Origin: Candidatus Gottesmanbacteria bacterium
GTDB lineage: Bacteria > Patescibacteriota > Microgenomatia > UBA10105 > UBA927
Reading direction: 5' to 3'
NCBI GenBank assembly: GCA_023245335.1
Contig: JAHFKK010000001.1
Coordinates: forward strand, 683,282-747,281
Length of the DNA: 64,000 nucleotides
This document shows positions 1 to 9,644 of the stretch, piece after piece. The translations under genes were made by a program, and so were the position numbers. Position 1 is the stretch's first letter. The number at the start of each line of letters is the position of its first letter. The notes beneath the pieces are model-generated. The model was not told where the DNA came from. It saw only the letters and a list, made by a program, of their open reading frames with translations, and searched no databases.

Positions 1-1
1 A

Positions 2-2059
2 AGTCCGGCGACCGAGAATCTACCCAAAGGCAGTGAGTTTTTATCCGTGCCTCAGGTGACGGCTCCGACGACTCCAGCTAAGACATTCAAGACCATTGAG
101 GTTTACACGAGCTCGCCGCTTGCGACCGGATCGGGAGAGATTGCGACCGTATCCGGAAGTTTCCTGGTACAAAAGGCATTTGTCTACGACATATCCATAA
201 CGACGAGGTTCCAGGGGGAGTGGCCCCTTGCGATCGAGGCGTTTCAGAGGAATCTATTGTTCGGCAGCGGATATTCGAGCTTGTCCGTCGCAACAGACGG
301 CGATTACATGCGTATGCTGGGGGAGACGGGTATTGCGGGGACTGTCGCGTTTCTGGGAATATTTTTGGCTGCGTTCTATCTCTACTTCAGGGAGAGGGCG
401 GCGCTTCCGACGCTCGAGGAATCGTTCGCGACCGGCGTGTTCGCAGGTCTTATCGGGCTTTTCTTAAACGGCATCCTTATCGATGTATTTGAATCATCAA
501 AGGTAGCGTACACGCTCTGGCTGCTTTTGGGCATCACGGTCTCAATCCTTTTAGTCCGCCCCTGGCGCGTGTCGTACTGGAAGCTTCTTTGGCAGGCGCT
601 TACCCACAAGATCGCCTTCATCCTCTATATCTTTATCGCGACGCTTCTCATATATAAGCGTACATTTTCCATGTATTTTATCGGAGATGATTTTACCTGG
701 CTTCGGTGGGCGGCCTCCTCAACGACCGGCGATGTAGTAAAATATTTCACCAATGCGGCCGGATTTTTCTATCGACCGATCCCCAAGCTTTTTTACTTTG
801 CCCTTTATACTATTTTTTGGTTGAAGTCCGGTGCCTATCACATCATGGCGGTAGGGCTTTTTGCTATCCTTTCGATACTCATATTTATCCTCATGAAGCG
901 GTTACGCATAGCGTCCTGGCTCGCATTTGTGATGGCGCTTGTCTTTAGTGTGCTCTCTATACATCATGAAAACGTCATTTGGGTTTCCGGAATAAGCAGC
1001 CTTCTTTATACGGTGTTTCTCGTGACTGCTCTTATAGGGGTCACGTATTGGAAAGCGTTATCCGGCTGGCGTCGGCATGTCGTTTGGGCGGGGATACTTG
1101 TCTCGACGCTTCTATCCGTGCTTTCTTACGAGGGAGGCGTTATTACCCCGGTTATCGTCTATCTTATCGCCTGGTCAGAAGGAGGAGCGGGCGTGTGGGA
1201 GGCCGGATCGCTTCTGGTCACGGGTCTTATCTATGTGTGGATGAGAAACGCGGCTCACGCAATAACTCCATCGGGTGACTATAGCGTAAGACTCTCAACC
1301 GTTTTCGTAAACACGATAGGAAATACCATAGGGTATGCGGCATCCATTCTTTTCGGACCGAGGGCGCTTGAATCCACGACCGCTCTACGAGCGGCGATGC
1401 GTGCCCAGAAACTCATTTCCGTCGCTTTCGGCGGAGCATTCGTGGTCGCTCTTTTTGTCTTCATGAAAAAGACGATGCGTTTTTGGAGTCGAGAGGGAAA
1501 GAGGTTGGGAACATGGATAATCGCGGCGTGGCTGACGCTCGTGCCGTTTATCGGACTCGGAGGTATCGCGGAACGATATGGGCTGGCGGCATCAGCGGTG
1601 GGCGTCGTGGCACTTGGTCTGTTGGCTGAGCTTCTTCTCCAGAAACGCGGACTCCTGGTGCGTAGCGCGGTTGTCGTCGTTCTCATGGGCTTTGCGGCGT
1701 GGAATTATTATGATTTACAGCGGGTCATGGGTGATTGGATATACGCAAGCCACATCACGGAAACGAGCGTCCTCACGTTAAAAACCAATTACTTCCCGCT
1801 CCGGGATAAGCAGGCGTTCGTGTTTGTGAACACGCCGATCCGGTATGGTCGCGCGTGGGTGTTTCCGACTGGTTTGAACGATGCCTTGTGGCATATGTTT
1901 AAGTTCAATCCGTATCCGTATAGGGTCTATACGGCACCGACCGTCAAGGATGGCTTTCTTGTTACTTCGCCTCTTGGTACGCCGGTTGTTCTGGTATTTG
2001 ATAAAAACGGCAATATCTCTAAAGCGATCAAGGAAGTCAAAACTATTGAGGTGAAATAA
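2..2059 (+). CDS. Polytopic membrane protein, 5'-truncated: O-antigen-ligase-like C-terminal half fused to a GT-C-like glycosyltransferase domain
   Basis: Frame is open to the window edge. STTRFQGEW...LFGSG...TDGDY.R.LGETG..G resembles Wzy_C/WaaL; YFIGDDFTW...FYRP...HHENVIW...SYE resembles a GT-C. Confidence 0.65.
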   Translation, partial: SPATENLPKGSEFLSVPQVTAPTTPAKTFKTIEVYTSSPLATGSGEIATVSGSFLVQKAFVYDISITTRFQGEWPLAIEAFQRNLLFGSGYSSLSVATDGDYMRMLGETGIAGTVAFLGIFLAAFYLYFRERAALPTLEESFATGVFAGLIGLFLNGILIDVFESSKVAYTLWLLLGITVSILLVRPWRVSYWKLLWQALTHKIAFILYIFIATLLIYKRTFSMYFIGDDFTWLRWAASSTTGDVVKYFTNAAGFFYRPIPKLFYFALYTIFWLKSGAYHIMAVGLFAILSILIFILMKRLRIASWLAFVMALVFSVLSIHHENVIWVSGISSLLYTVFLVTALIGVTYWKALSGWRRHVVWAGILVSTLLSVLSYEGGVITPVIVYLIAWSEGGAGVWEAGSLLVTGLIYVWMRNAAHAITPSGDYSVRLSTVFVNTIGNTIGYAASILFGPRALESTTALRAAMRAQKLISVAFGGAFVVALFVFMKKTMRFWSREGKRLGTWIIAAWLTLVPFIGLGGIAERYGLAASAVGVVALGLLAELLLQKRGLLVRSAVVVVLMGFAAWNYYDLQRVMGDWIYASHITETSVLTLKTNYFPLRDKQAFVFVNTPIRYGRAWVFPTGLNDALWHMFKFNPYPYRVYTAPTVKDGFLVTSPLGTPVVLVFDKNGNISKAIKEVKTIEVK

Positions 2060-2061
2060 GT

Positions 2062-3540
2062 ATGAAACGACGTGCTCCATGGTGGTTTACTGCTGCAATT
2101 GTGGTCATTGTATTGGTCGCTGTCGGCCTTCGGTTATATCACCTAACGTATCCGATAGCAGACTGGCATAGCTTCCGGCAGGTCGATACGGCAGCTGTCG
2201 CGCGATACTTTGTGAAGTTTGGGATGAACCCATTGAAACCGCGGTATGAAGACATGTCCAATATTCAGTCGGGTAAGGATAATCCCATGGGCTATCGGAT
2301 GGTAGAGTTTCCCATATACCAGATTATCGCCGTAGGATTGAGTCATTTGTCCGGCGGAGTACCACTTGATATATGGTTACGGATTACGTCTATTTTGGCC
2401 GCGACCGGTACGGCGGTCATGTTGACGTTTTTTATGACTGCACTCGCGGGTCCTCTCACTGGAATTTTTACCGGGGCAGTCTATGCGGTACTCCCGTATA
2501 GCATGTATTACGGGCGGGTGACGTTGCCGGAGCCGCTTGCAGTTTTTTTTGCGGTTGCCAGCCTCTATTGTCTTGTCTCCCTCCCTGACCGGTCGGAGGA
2601 AAAGCGATCCCGGGATACATGGGTATTCGTGGCGAGCATTGTGAGCTCTGCTTTGGCCGTATTGGTGAAGCCTACCGTTGGGTTTTTGCTCGTTCCCATA
2701 CCGTATCTGCTGTATAAAAAATACGGCTTATCCGTATCGTTTGTTGTCCGGAGTATTGTGTTTGGTGTTCTTGCGCTTGTACCCTTTTACTTGTGGCGGC
2801 AGTGGATACTTCATTTCCCGGAGGGAATACCTGCTTCGGATTGGTTGTTTAATAAAGGAGATATCCGTTTTAAGGGTGCGTGGTTTTATTGGCTATTTTC
2901 TCAAAGAATCGGGAGTCTTATTCTGGGATACTGGGGCCTTATACCGTTTGGCATCGGGCTCATGATACCGACGGATAAAAAGGAAGGCTGGACGCTGCGA
3001 TTACTGCTCCTGGGGAGTCTTTCCTACCTTATCGTGTTCGCTTCAGGAAATGTGCAACATGATTACTATCAGATTATTTTATTGCCGATTCTCTGCATGT
3101 ATGTCGGTAAAGGGATCACCTACATGCTGACCAACCGCCTGTTTTCCCGTCCCATGGCATTCATAACTACCGTCGTGTGTCTCGCCTTCGCATGTGCCTT
3201 TTCATGGTATACGATCCATACTTATTATTGGATCAACCGTCCGGAAATCATTGAAGCCGGAAAAGTTGCGGACAGTATATTGCCCAAAGATGCAAAAGTG
3301 ATCGCACCATATAACGGAGACACGACGTTTTTGTATGCAACCAACCGTCAGGGGTGGCCGGAAGGATTTGATATAGATAAAAAAATCGCTATGGGGGCAG
3401 GAGCGTATGTGACCGTGTCTCCGAAAGATGACGATTGGGAAACGAAAACATTGGCCGAACAATATACGGTGCTTGTCCGAAACGATAAGTTTGCCATCAT
3501 CGATCTGACGAAGCCGAAAAAGCTCATAAAGAGTAAGTAG
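2062..3540 (+). CDS. GT39/PMT_2 (ArnT-like) membrane glycosyltransferase
   Basis: WHSFRQVDTA, EFPIY, YYGR..LPE, LVKP and HDYY motifs; many TM segments. Confidence 0.75.
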   Translation: MKRRAPWWFTAAIVVIVLVAVGLRLYHLTYPIADWHSFRQVDTAAVARYFVKFGMNPLKPRYEDMSNIQSGKDNPMGYRMVEFPIYQIIAVGLSHLSGGVPLDIWLRITSILAATGTAVMLTFFMTALAGPLTGIFTGAVYAVLPYSMYYGRVTLPEPLAVFFAVASLYCLVSLPDRSEEKRSRDTWVFVASIVSSALAVLVKPTVGFLLVPIPYLLYKKYGLSVSFVVRSIVFGVLALVPFYLWRQWILHFPEGIPASDWLFNKGDIRFKGAWFYWLFSQRIGSLILGYWGLIPFGIGLMIPTDKKEGWTLRLLLLGSLSYLIVFASGNVQHDYYQIILLPILCMYVGKGITYMLTNRLFSRPMAFITTVVCLAFACAFSWYTIHTYYWINRPEIIEAGKVADSILPKDAKVIAPYNGDTTFLYATNRQGWPEGFDIDKKIAMGAGAYVTVSPKDDDWETKTLAEQYTVLVRNDKFAIIDLTKPKKLIKSK

Positions 3541-3571
3541 GGGAAGGAGCGTGTCGTCGGCCTTATTAGTT

Positions 3572-4768
3572 ATGAAAATTCTCTTTGTCTCCGCCGTTTT
3601 GCCGTATCCACTGCGCTCTGGAGGCCAGATCCGCATATATCAGCTGCTGAAACGATTATCCAAGCGTCATGAGATTACACTCGTATCGTTTATACGGGAT
3701 GAAAAGGAACGCGTCTACACGTCAGAATTAGGATTTTGCAAACGGGTCTATATGGTAACTCGTGGGTACGCGTGGCAGCCGAAGTATATCGTACGGGCTT
3801 TAACAAGCAGTTTTCCGCTGCTTCTTGCGACCTATGATAACTCGAGAATGCGGGCACTTCTTGCGAAACTACTTGCCGGAGAAAAATATGATCTCATGCA
3901 TCTTGAGCCGTTTTATGTATGGCCGTCTGTTCCACGCGACCACCCACCGGTCGTTGTGTCGGAACACAATATAGAGTACCTGGTCTATGAGCGGTATGTG
4001 GCGCGATTTCCCGTATCGTTTCTTCGTCCGTTGCTCTCTTGGGATGTTGGAAAGCTTTTTCGGTGGGAGCGCCGCATTTGGCGTAATGCGACCGCAGTCA
4101 CCGCCGTTTCGTCCGCTGATGCCGCTGTCATAGAAACGTATCTCAGTCACGACATATCTGTCGTGCCGAACGGCGTCGATCTTTCCATGTTTGTGTATAA
4201 GAAACCGGAGACGAAGGGCGGGAAACGGGCGGTGTTTGTAGGTAATTTCCGTTGGCTCCCGAACCGGCAGGCGGCAAGTGATCTTGTCAGGACAATTTGG
4301 CCGGCAATACGCGCGCGTTACCCCGACGCAAGCTTAACTATCGCAGGCCGATATATACCGGCAGACCTCAAAGCGTCGATGCAGGCGATAGGCGGTACGG
4401 TTATCGAAAACACGCCCGATATAACCCGCGTGTACCATAACGCCGATCTCCTGCTTGCCCCCCATGCCATAGCGGGAGGCACCAAATACAAGATGTTGGA
4501 GGCGATGGCTTCGGGATTGCCGATCGTGACCACGACGCACGGGATGGCCGGACTTATGGTTGAGCCGGAGGTTCATTATCTCGAGGCGCGGACAACGCAT
4601 GAGTATATAGACGCGGTGGGTAAGATTTGGGAAAATACGTCTTTAGCTGAGCGTATAGCCCGGGATGCCAGAAGACTCGTCGAAACGACATATACGTGGG
4701 ATATCATCTCTCATGCGCTTAACAATGTCTGGAGAAACGCATATGCAAAAGGTAAAGACAGATCCTAA
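3572..4768 (+). CDS. Family 4 glycosyltransferase
   Basis: PYPLRSGGQIR, EHNIE, VPNGVD, KMLEAMASGLP; start taken at ATG MKILF. Confidence 0.85.
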   Translation: MKILFVSAVLPYPLRSGGQIRIYQLLKRLSKRHEITLVSFIRDEKERVYTSELGFCKRVYMVTRGYAWQPKYIVRALTSSFPLLLATYDNSRMRALLAKLLAGEKYDLMHLEPFYVWPSVPRDHPPVVVSEHNIEYLVYERYVARFPVSFLRPLLSWDVGKLFRWERRIWRNATAVTAVSSADAAVIETYLSHDISVVPNGVDLSMFVYKKPETKGGKRAVFVGNFRWLPNRQAASDLVRTIWPAIRARYPDASLTIAGRYIPADLKASMQAIGGTVIENTPDITRVYHNADLLLAPHAIAGGTKYKMLEAMASGLPIVTTTHGMAGLMVEPEVHYLEARTTHEYIDAVGKIWENTSLAERIARDARRLVETTYTWDIISHALNNVWRNAYAKGKDRS

Positions 4769-5648
4769 CAAAAAACGACCGGATGTATCCGTTGTCATTC
4801 TGAACTTCAACACACTCGACCTCACGCGGACGTGTCTTCGCTCGCTTATTGCCTCCCGATTAGGTCTGTACACCATGGAAATCATCGTCTGCGATAACGG
4901 GTCGGCGGATGGCAGTCTCGATATGATCAAAAAGGACTTTCCGCAAGTCACTCTCATAGATAATAAGAAAAATTTGGGGTTTGCGGCAGGGAACAATCCG
5001 GGGATACGCCGGACGAAGGGGCGGTACGTCCTCCTTCTCAACACCGATACGGAAGTGCCCGGAGAGACCATCTCGACGATGCTCCGATTCATGGACGATA
5101 CGCCCGATGTCGGGGCCGCGACATGCAAGCTCATGCTTCCTGACGGATCTATGGATCCTGCGTGCCATCGGGGCTTTCCGACGCCATGGGTGGCGTTTAC
5201 CTACCTCACGAAATTGGAAAAGTTGTTTCCCCGCACGAGGTTATTTGGCGAATACCACGAGGGATATAAGGATCTTTCTACGATTCATGAGGTGGATTGT
5301 ATTGTCGGAGCGTTTTTTCTCGTTCGCCGGGAGGTCATCGAGAAGGTTGGATTGTTGGATGAAGACTATTTCATGTACGGCGAAGATATTGATTGGGCCT
5401 ACCGCATACGGCTTGCCGGATGGAAAATCATGTACAATCCGACCGTGACCATTCTTCATAAAAAAAAGCAAAGCGGGCGAGCAAACATCCTTCGTGTGCG
5501 GCGGGTCACAACAGAAATATATTTCAACAAGTACAACTGGTTATTTTACACGAAGCATTATGCGAAAAAATACCCCGGAGTACTCACGTGGATCGTAAAT
5601 GCACTATACGCGACACGGTTATTTTTTCTGGAGACCTTCTCCATCTAA
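4743..5648 (+). CDS. Family 2 glycosyltransferase (WbbL/rhamnosyltransferase-like)
   Basis: DNGSADGS, NLGFAAGNN, LLNTD, FMYGEDIDW. Confidence 0.85.
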   Translation: MQKVKTDPNKKRPDVSVVILNFNTLDLTRTCLRSLIASRLGLYTMEIIVCDNGSADGSLDMIKKDFPQVTLIDNKKNLGFAAGNNPGIRRTKGRYVLLLNTDTEVPGETISTMLRFMDDTPDVGAATCKLMLPDGSMDPACHRGFPTPWVAFTYLTKLEKLFPRTRLFGEYHEGYKDLSTIHEVDCIVGAFFLVRREVIEKVGLLDEDYFMYGEDIDWAYRIRLAGWKIMYNPTVTILHKKKQSGRANILRVRRVTTEIYFNKYNWLFYTKHYAKKYPGVLTWIVNALYATRLFFLETFSI

Positions 5649-5652
5649 TACT

Positions 5653-6765
5653 ATGACGATAGGGATCGACGCACGACTCATTGCAGAGACCGGGGTGGGC
5701 AGATATATACGGAATCTTATTCGAACTGTGGCCGCAATCGATCAGACCAACACGTACATCGTCTATCTGCGGAAAAACCAGTTCGAGGCATTTACGCTAC
5801 CGAATCGTAGGTGGCAGAAACGACTTGCAGAGGTGCCATGGCACACCGTGCGTGAGCAAATCGCGATGCCGGCAATTTTTGCTCGCGATACCCTCGACCT
5901 TGTGCATATCCCGTATCATAACCCGCCCATTTTTTACCAAGGAGCTATGGTCGTTACCATACATGATCTGACGATTCTCCATTTCAACACCGGGAAAGCG
6001 ACCAACCTGCCGCTTCCCCTCTATATGCTGAAGCGCCTGGGGTATTGGCTTGAATTAGAGGTGGGACTACGGAGAGCCAAACGCATCATTGCGGTTTCGG
6101 AGGCAACGAAACGCGAAATCATAGATCACTTCCATATACCGGCTGAAAAAATCGTTGTTACGTACGAAGGAGTAGATCCGAATATTCGAAAGCCCGATCG
6201 TCGGGAGTCGCGAAGGCTCATCCCCGAGCCGTATTTCCTGTACGTTGGAAATGCGTATCCTCATAAAAATATCGAAATGCTGCTTCGTGGCTTCGCGCGG
6301 TTTATAGCGGACACCGACGGAAAAAGCGAAACGAAACTTGTGTTAGTCGGGAACGCTGACCCCTTTTATCGTCGACTGCAGGAAGCAGTGAAATCCATGG
6401 AGCTTTCCGGTTCCGTACGATTTTTCGGTCCTGCCAACGACACAGAGCTTATCAATCTCTATAGTCATGCCGTTGCATTTATTTTTCCGTCGCTCATGGA
6501 GGGGTTCGGGCTGCCCGCGCTTGAAGCGCTTTCGTTAGGGTGCCATGTACTGGCATCTGATATTGCTATTTTTCATGAAATATTAGGTCCGTATGTGACA
6601 TATTTTGATGCTGGAGACGTAAAAAGTATTGCCACGGCCCTTACCAATGCGTTGGGGGGCGGCGTGAAGACTATGACAGAGTCCCAAAAGTTTGTCGCAG
6701 CATATTCGTGGCAGCGTATGGCGCGGGAAACTCTCGATATTTATGAACGTAGCGCTCGTCTATGA
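5653..6765 (+). CDS. Family 4 glycosyltransferase (mannosyltransferase-like)
   Basis: IGIDAR..TGVGRY, TIHDL, PHKN, PSLMEGFGLPALEA. Confidence 0.85.
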   Translation: MTIGIDARLIAETGVGRYIRNLIRTVAAIDQTNTYIVYLRKNQFEAFTLPNRRWQKRLAEVPWHTVREQIAMPAIFARDTLDLVHIPYHNPPIFYQGAMVVTIHDLTILHFNTGKATNLPLPLYMLKRLGYWLELEVGLRRAKRIIAVSEATKREIIDHFHIPAEKIVVTYEGVDPNIRKPDRRESRRLIPEPYFLYVGNAYPHKNIEMLLRGFARFIADTDGKSETKLVLVGNADPFYRRLQEAVKSMELSGSVRFFGPANDTELINLYSHAVAFIFPSLMEGFGLPALEALSLGCHVLASDIAIFHEILGPYVTYFDAGDVKSIATALTNALGGGVKTMTESQKFVAAYSWQRMARETLDIYERSARL

Positions 6766-7870
6766 TCGGGTAAATAAGTGGGGAGGAGCAGAGCGGGTAC
6801 TACTCGCCCTACATCGTATTTGGCCCGATGCGCCACTTTTTACTGCGGTATATGACCAAAAACACGCCGCATGGGCGGACGTGTTTACCGTCAGGCCTTC
6901 CGTTCTTCAACGCATACCTTTTGCGCGATATGTTCACGAATCACTCGCGTTGGTGACGCCAATAGCGTTTGAGTCCTTTTCGTTTGACGGATATGATGTG
7001 GTAATTTCAGTGACGTCGGCGGAGGCCAAAAATATCATCACGAAGCCCGGTACGGTTCACATATGCTATTGCCTCACCCCGACCCGGTATTTATGGAGTG
7101 GCTACGAGCACTATAAATCGCAACCGGGATTGGGATATGCGAGTCATGCGGCCTCATTAGGCTTGCGGCTTTTTGGCGCCACCCTGCGGCGCTGGGATGA
7201 AATCGCCGCACAGCGACCGGATTATTACATAGCAATTTCGGAGCATGTCAAAGCACGTATCCACACGTATTATCATCGCGGAGTGTCGGAGGTCATTTAT
7301 CCGCCGGTCGACACGACGAAATTCGTATCCCATAATCTATCGTCGGTACAAAAGAAAAAGCAAAACTATTTTCTGACGGTCTCCCGCCTGGTGAGTTATA
7401 AGCGCGTCGACCTTCTCATCCAGGCGTTTAACGAACTTCAGCTGCCGCTTGTCATAATAGGAGACGGTCATCAGAAGAAAGAGCTCCAACAATTAGGCGG
7501 AACGACCATCACGTTTGTTGATCGTCATTTGACAGATTCCGAACTCGTTGGGTATTATGAGGGTTGTCGCGCGTTTGTATACGCTGCAGATGAAGATTTT
7601 GGGTTAGCCGCGGTAGAAGCGCAGGCATGCGGGACGCCGGTTATAGCTTATAAGGAAAGCGGCATTGCAGAAGTTGTCCGGGATAGCGTGACGGGAATAT
7701 TGTTTGGTTCGCAAACAGCTGATGCGATTATTCGAGCGGTCCGTTTGTTCGAGAAGAAAACATTTTCATCTGCAGAATGCAGAAAACAGGCCATACAGAT
7801 GAGCGAACCGAGATTTATGAAAGAAATGGAATCGGTAGTCAGCCGTTTGGTAAAGGAGTCAAAACTATGA
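6743..7870 (+). CDS. Family 4 glycosyltransferase (WbaZ-like)
   Basis: GGAERVL, YCLTPTRYLW, SRLVSYKR, EDFGLAAVEAQACG. Confidence 0.85.
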   Translation: MNVALVYDRVNKWGGAERVLLALHRIWPDAPLFTAVYDQKHAAWADVFTVRPSVLQRIPFARYVHESLALVTPIAFESFSFDGYDVVISVTSAEAKNIITKPGTVHICYCLTPTRYLWSGYEHYKSQPGLGYASHAASLGLRLFGATLRRWDEIAAQRPDYYIAISEHVKARIHTYYHRGVSEVIYPPVDTTKFVSHNLSSVQKKKQNYFLTVSRLVSYKRVDLLIQAFNELQLPLVIIGDGHQKKELQQLGGTTITFVDRHLTDSELVGYYEGCRAFVYAADEDFGLAAVEAQACGTPVIAYKESGIAEVVRDSVTGILFGSQTADAIIRAVRLFEKKTFSSAECRKQAIQMSEPRFMKEMESVVSRLVKESKL

Positions 7871-8952
7871 AGGCAATTATATTTGCTGGCGGGGTGGGGA
7901 CCCGACTTTGGCCGCTTTCCCGAAAGAAGTCGCCGAAACAGTTTGAAAAAATAATCAGTGATCAATCCACACTTCAGCTTGCCGCCAACCGACTTCAGCC
8001 GGATTTTCATTGGAAAGATGTATACGTTTCAACCGGTAAAGCGTACGTCCCTATTGTTCAGGAACAGTTGGATCGTCTTCCCCCGAAGAACGTCATCGGT
8101 GAGCCGGAAGTACGTGATGTCGGTCCGGCCGTGGGCCTTATGACTGCGATACTTGCAAAAGAATCGTCCAATGAGCCTATGGTTATTCTTTGGAGTGATC
8201 ATTTGGTGAAAAAGCAGGCGCTGTTCCGCAAGATTCTAAGAGTCGCAGGCGATGTCGTCAAAAAGGATCCGAATAAAATTGTTTTTGTCGCAGAAAAACC
8301 GCGGTTTGCGAGCGAAAATTTAGGATGGATATCGTATGGCGCACAAGTATCCATGCAGGAAGGTCTGTCATTCCATTCATTCGTTGATTTCCAATATAGG
8401 CCGGACCGTGAGACCGCGAAGAAATATTTTGCAAGCGGCCATCACGCATGGAACTTGGGATATTTTGTGGCGACTCCGGCATTTTTGTGGAAGCAATACG
8501 AAACGTTCGCTCCGAATCTGGCGACCGGTATCGCCCGTATTGCGGATAGTTGGGGTACTTCAGGATTTCAGAAGACGTTAGATGAGGTCTACCCGACGTT
8601 GGAGAAAATCAGTTTCGATAACGCGATACTGGAGAAGTTGGATCCAAACGACGCATTGGTTATTTCTGACAATATCGAATGGAGCGACATAGGCGCATGG
8701 GAAGCGCTCAAAGAGGCATTGGAAGAAAGTGATGATAAAAACGTGACACAGGGAACTGTTCGGCTTGAGGATACATCGGATAGTCTCGTCTATAACTACA
8801 ACAAAAAGCAATTGGTCGTCGCGATAGATGTCGAAGGCATGCTCGTCGTCAATACGGATGACGTCCTTCTCGTCTGCAAAAAATCATCTGTTCCCAAAGT
8901 CAAAAAATTCGTCGAGTCACTACAGGGGACAGAGCATGACCACTTAACATAA
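7867..8952 (+). CDS. manC: Mannose-1-phosphate guanylyltransferase
   Basis: AGGVGTRLWPLSRKKSPKQF, SDH, ISFDNAILEK, WSDIGAW. Confidence 0.85.
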   Translation: MKAIIFAGGVGTRLWPLSRKKSPKQFEKIISDQSTLQLAANRLQPDFHWKDVYVSTGKAYVPIVQEQLDRLPPKNVIGEPEVRDVGPAVGLMTAILAKESSNEPMVILWSDHLVKKQALFRKILRVAGDVVKKDPNKIVFVAEKPRFASENLGWISYGAQVSMQEGLSFHSFVDFQYRPDRETAKKYFASGHHAWNLGYFVATPAFLWKQYETFAPNLATGIARIADSWGTSGFQKTLDEVYPTLEKISFDNAILEKLDPNDALVISDNIEWSDIGAWEALKEALEESDDKNVTQGTVRLEDTSDSLVYNYNKKQLVVAIDVEGMLVVNTDDVLLVCKKSSVPKVKKFVESLQGTEHDHLT

Positions 8953-8953
8953 T

Positions 8954-9601
8954 ATGGATGGGTTCCTCTATACCGTCACGAAGCGACTGATTGATGTCAT
9001 CGGCAGCATAGTTTTCATGCTTCTTTTTCTTCCCATCGGTATAGTCGTTGCTATTGCGATAGTTTTGGATACCCCGGGGCCGGTATTTGCTGATACTCCG
9101 GAGCGGGTGGGGAAAAACGGGATACCCTTCAAGCTCTATAAATTCCGTTCGATGGTCATTAACGCACATGTGAAGTTACGCACCGATCCGAAACTGCGTT
9201 TACTTTACAAAGAATATAAGCGCAATAGCTATAAATTGCACGATGACCCCAGAGTGACGACGGTCGGGCATTTTATTCGGAAACATTCGCTCGACGAGCT
9301 GCCGCAGTTTGTGAATGTACTCAAAGGAGACATGAGTTTGGTGGGACCCCGGCCGTATTATTCCGATGAATTGGTCGAACAGCAGCGGAAGTATCCGCAT
9401 ACGAAGGATTTGGTGAAGGTCGTGCTTTCCGCACGCCCCGGTATCACCGGTCACTGGCAGGTCTCTGGCAGGAGTGAAGTAAACTTTGATAAACGTATTA
9501 AGCTTGATGCGGACTACGTGCAGCAGAAGTCGTTACCGCTTGACCTTTTTATCATGCTAAAAAGTCCCTGGGCAATGATTTCCGGTAAGGGTGCGGTATA
9601 A
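8954..9601 (+). CDS. Priming phosphoglycosyl transferase (Bac_transf family)
   Basis: KRLIDV, KFRSM, DPRVT..G.FIRK.SLDELPQ, GPRP, PGITGHWQV. Confidence 0.9.
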   Translation: MDGFLYTVTKRLIDVIGSIVFMLLFLPIGIVVAIAIVLDTPGPVFADTPERVGKNGIPFKLYKFRSMVINAHVKLRTDPKLRLLYKEYKRNSYKLHDDPRVTTVGHFIRKHSLDELPQFVNVLKGDMSLVGPRPYYSDELVEQQRKYPHTKDLVKVVLSARPGITGHWQVSGRSEVNFDKRIKLDADYVQQKSLPLDLFIMLKSPWAMISGKGAV

Positions 9602-9608
9602 ATCATTC

Positions 9609-9637
9609 TTGACAAGAAACCAGGCGCACGGCACAAT
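9609..9637 (+). promoter_or_regulatory. Sigma70-type promoter
   Basis: TTGACA (9609-9614), 17-bp spacer, CACAAT (9632-9637), 7 nt before ATG 9645. Confidence 0.6.
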
Positions 9638-9644
9638 GGAATCT

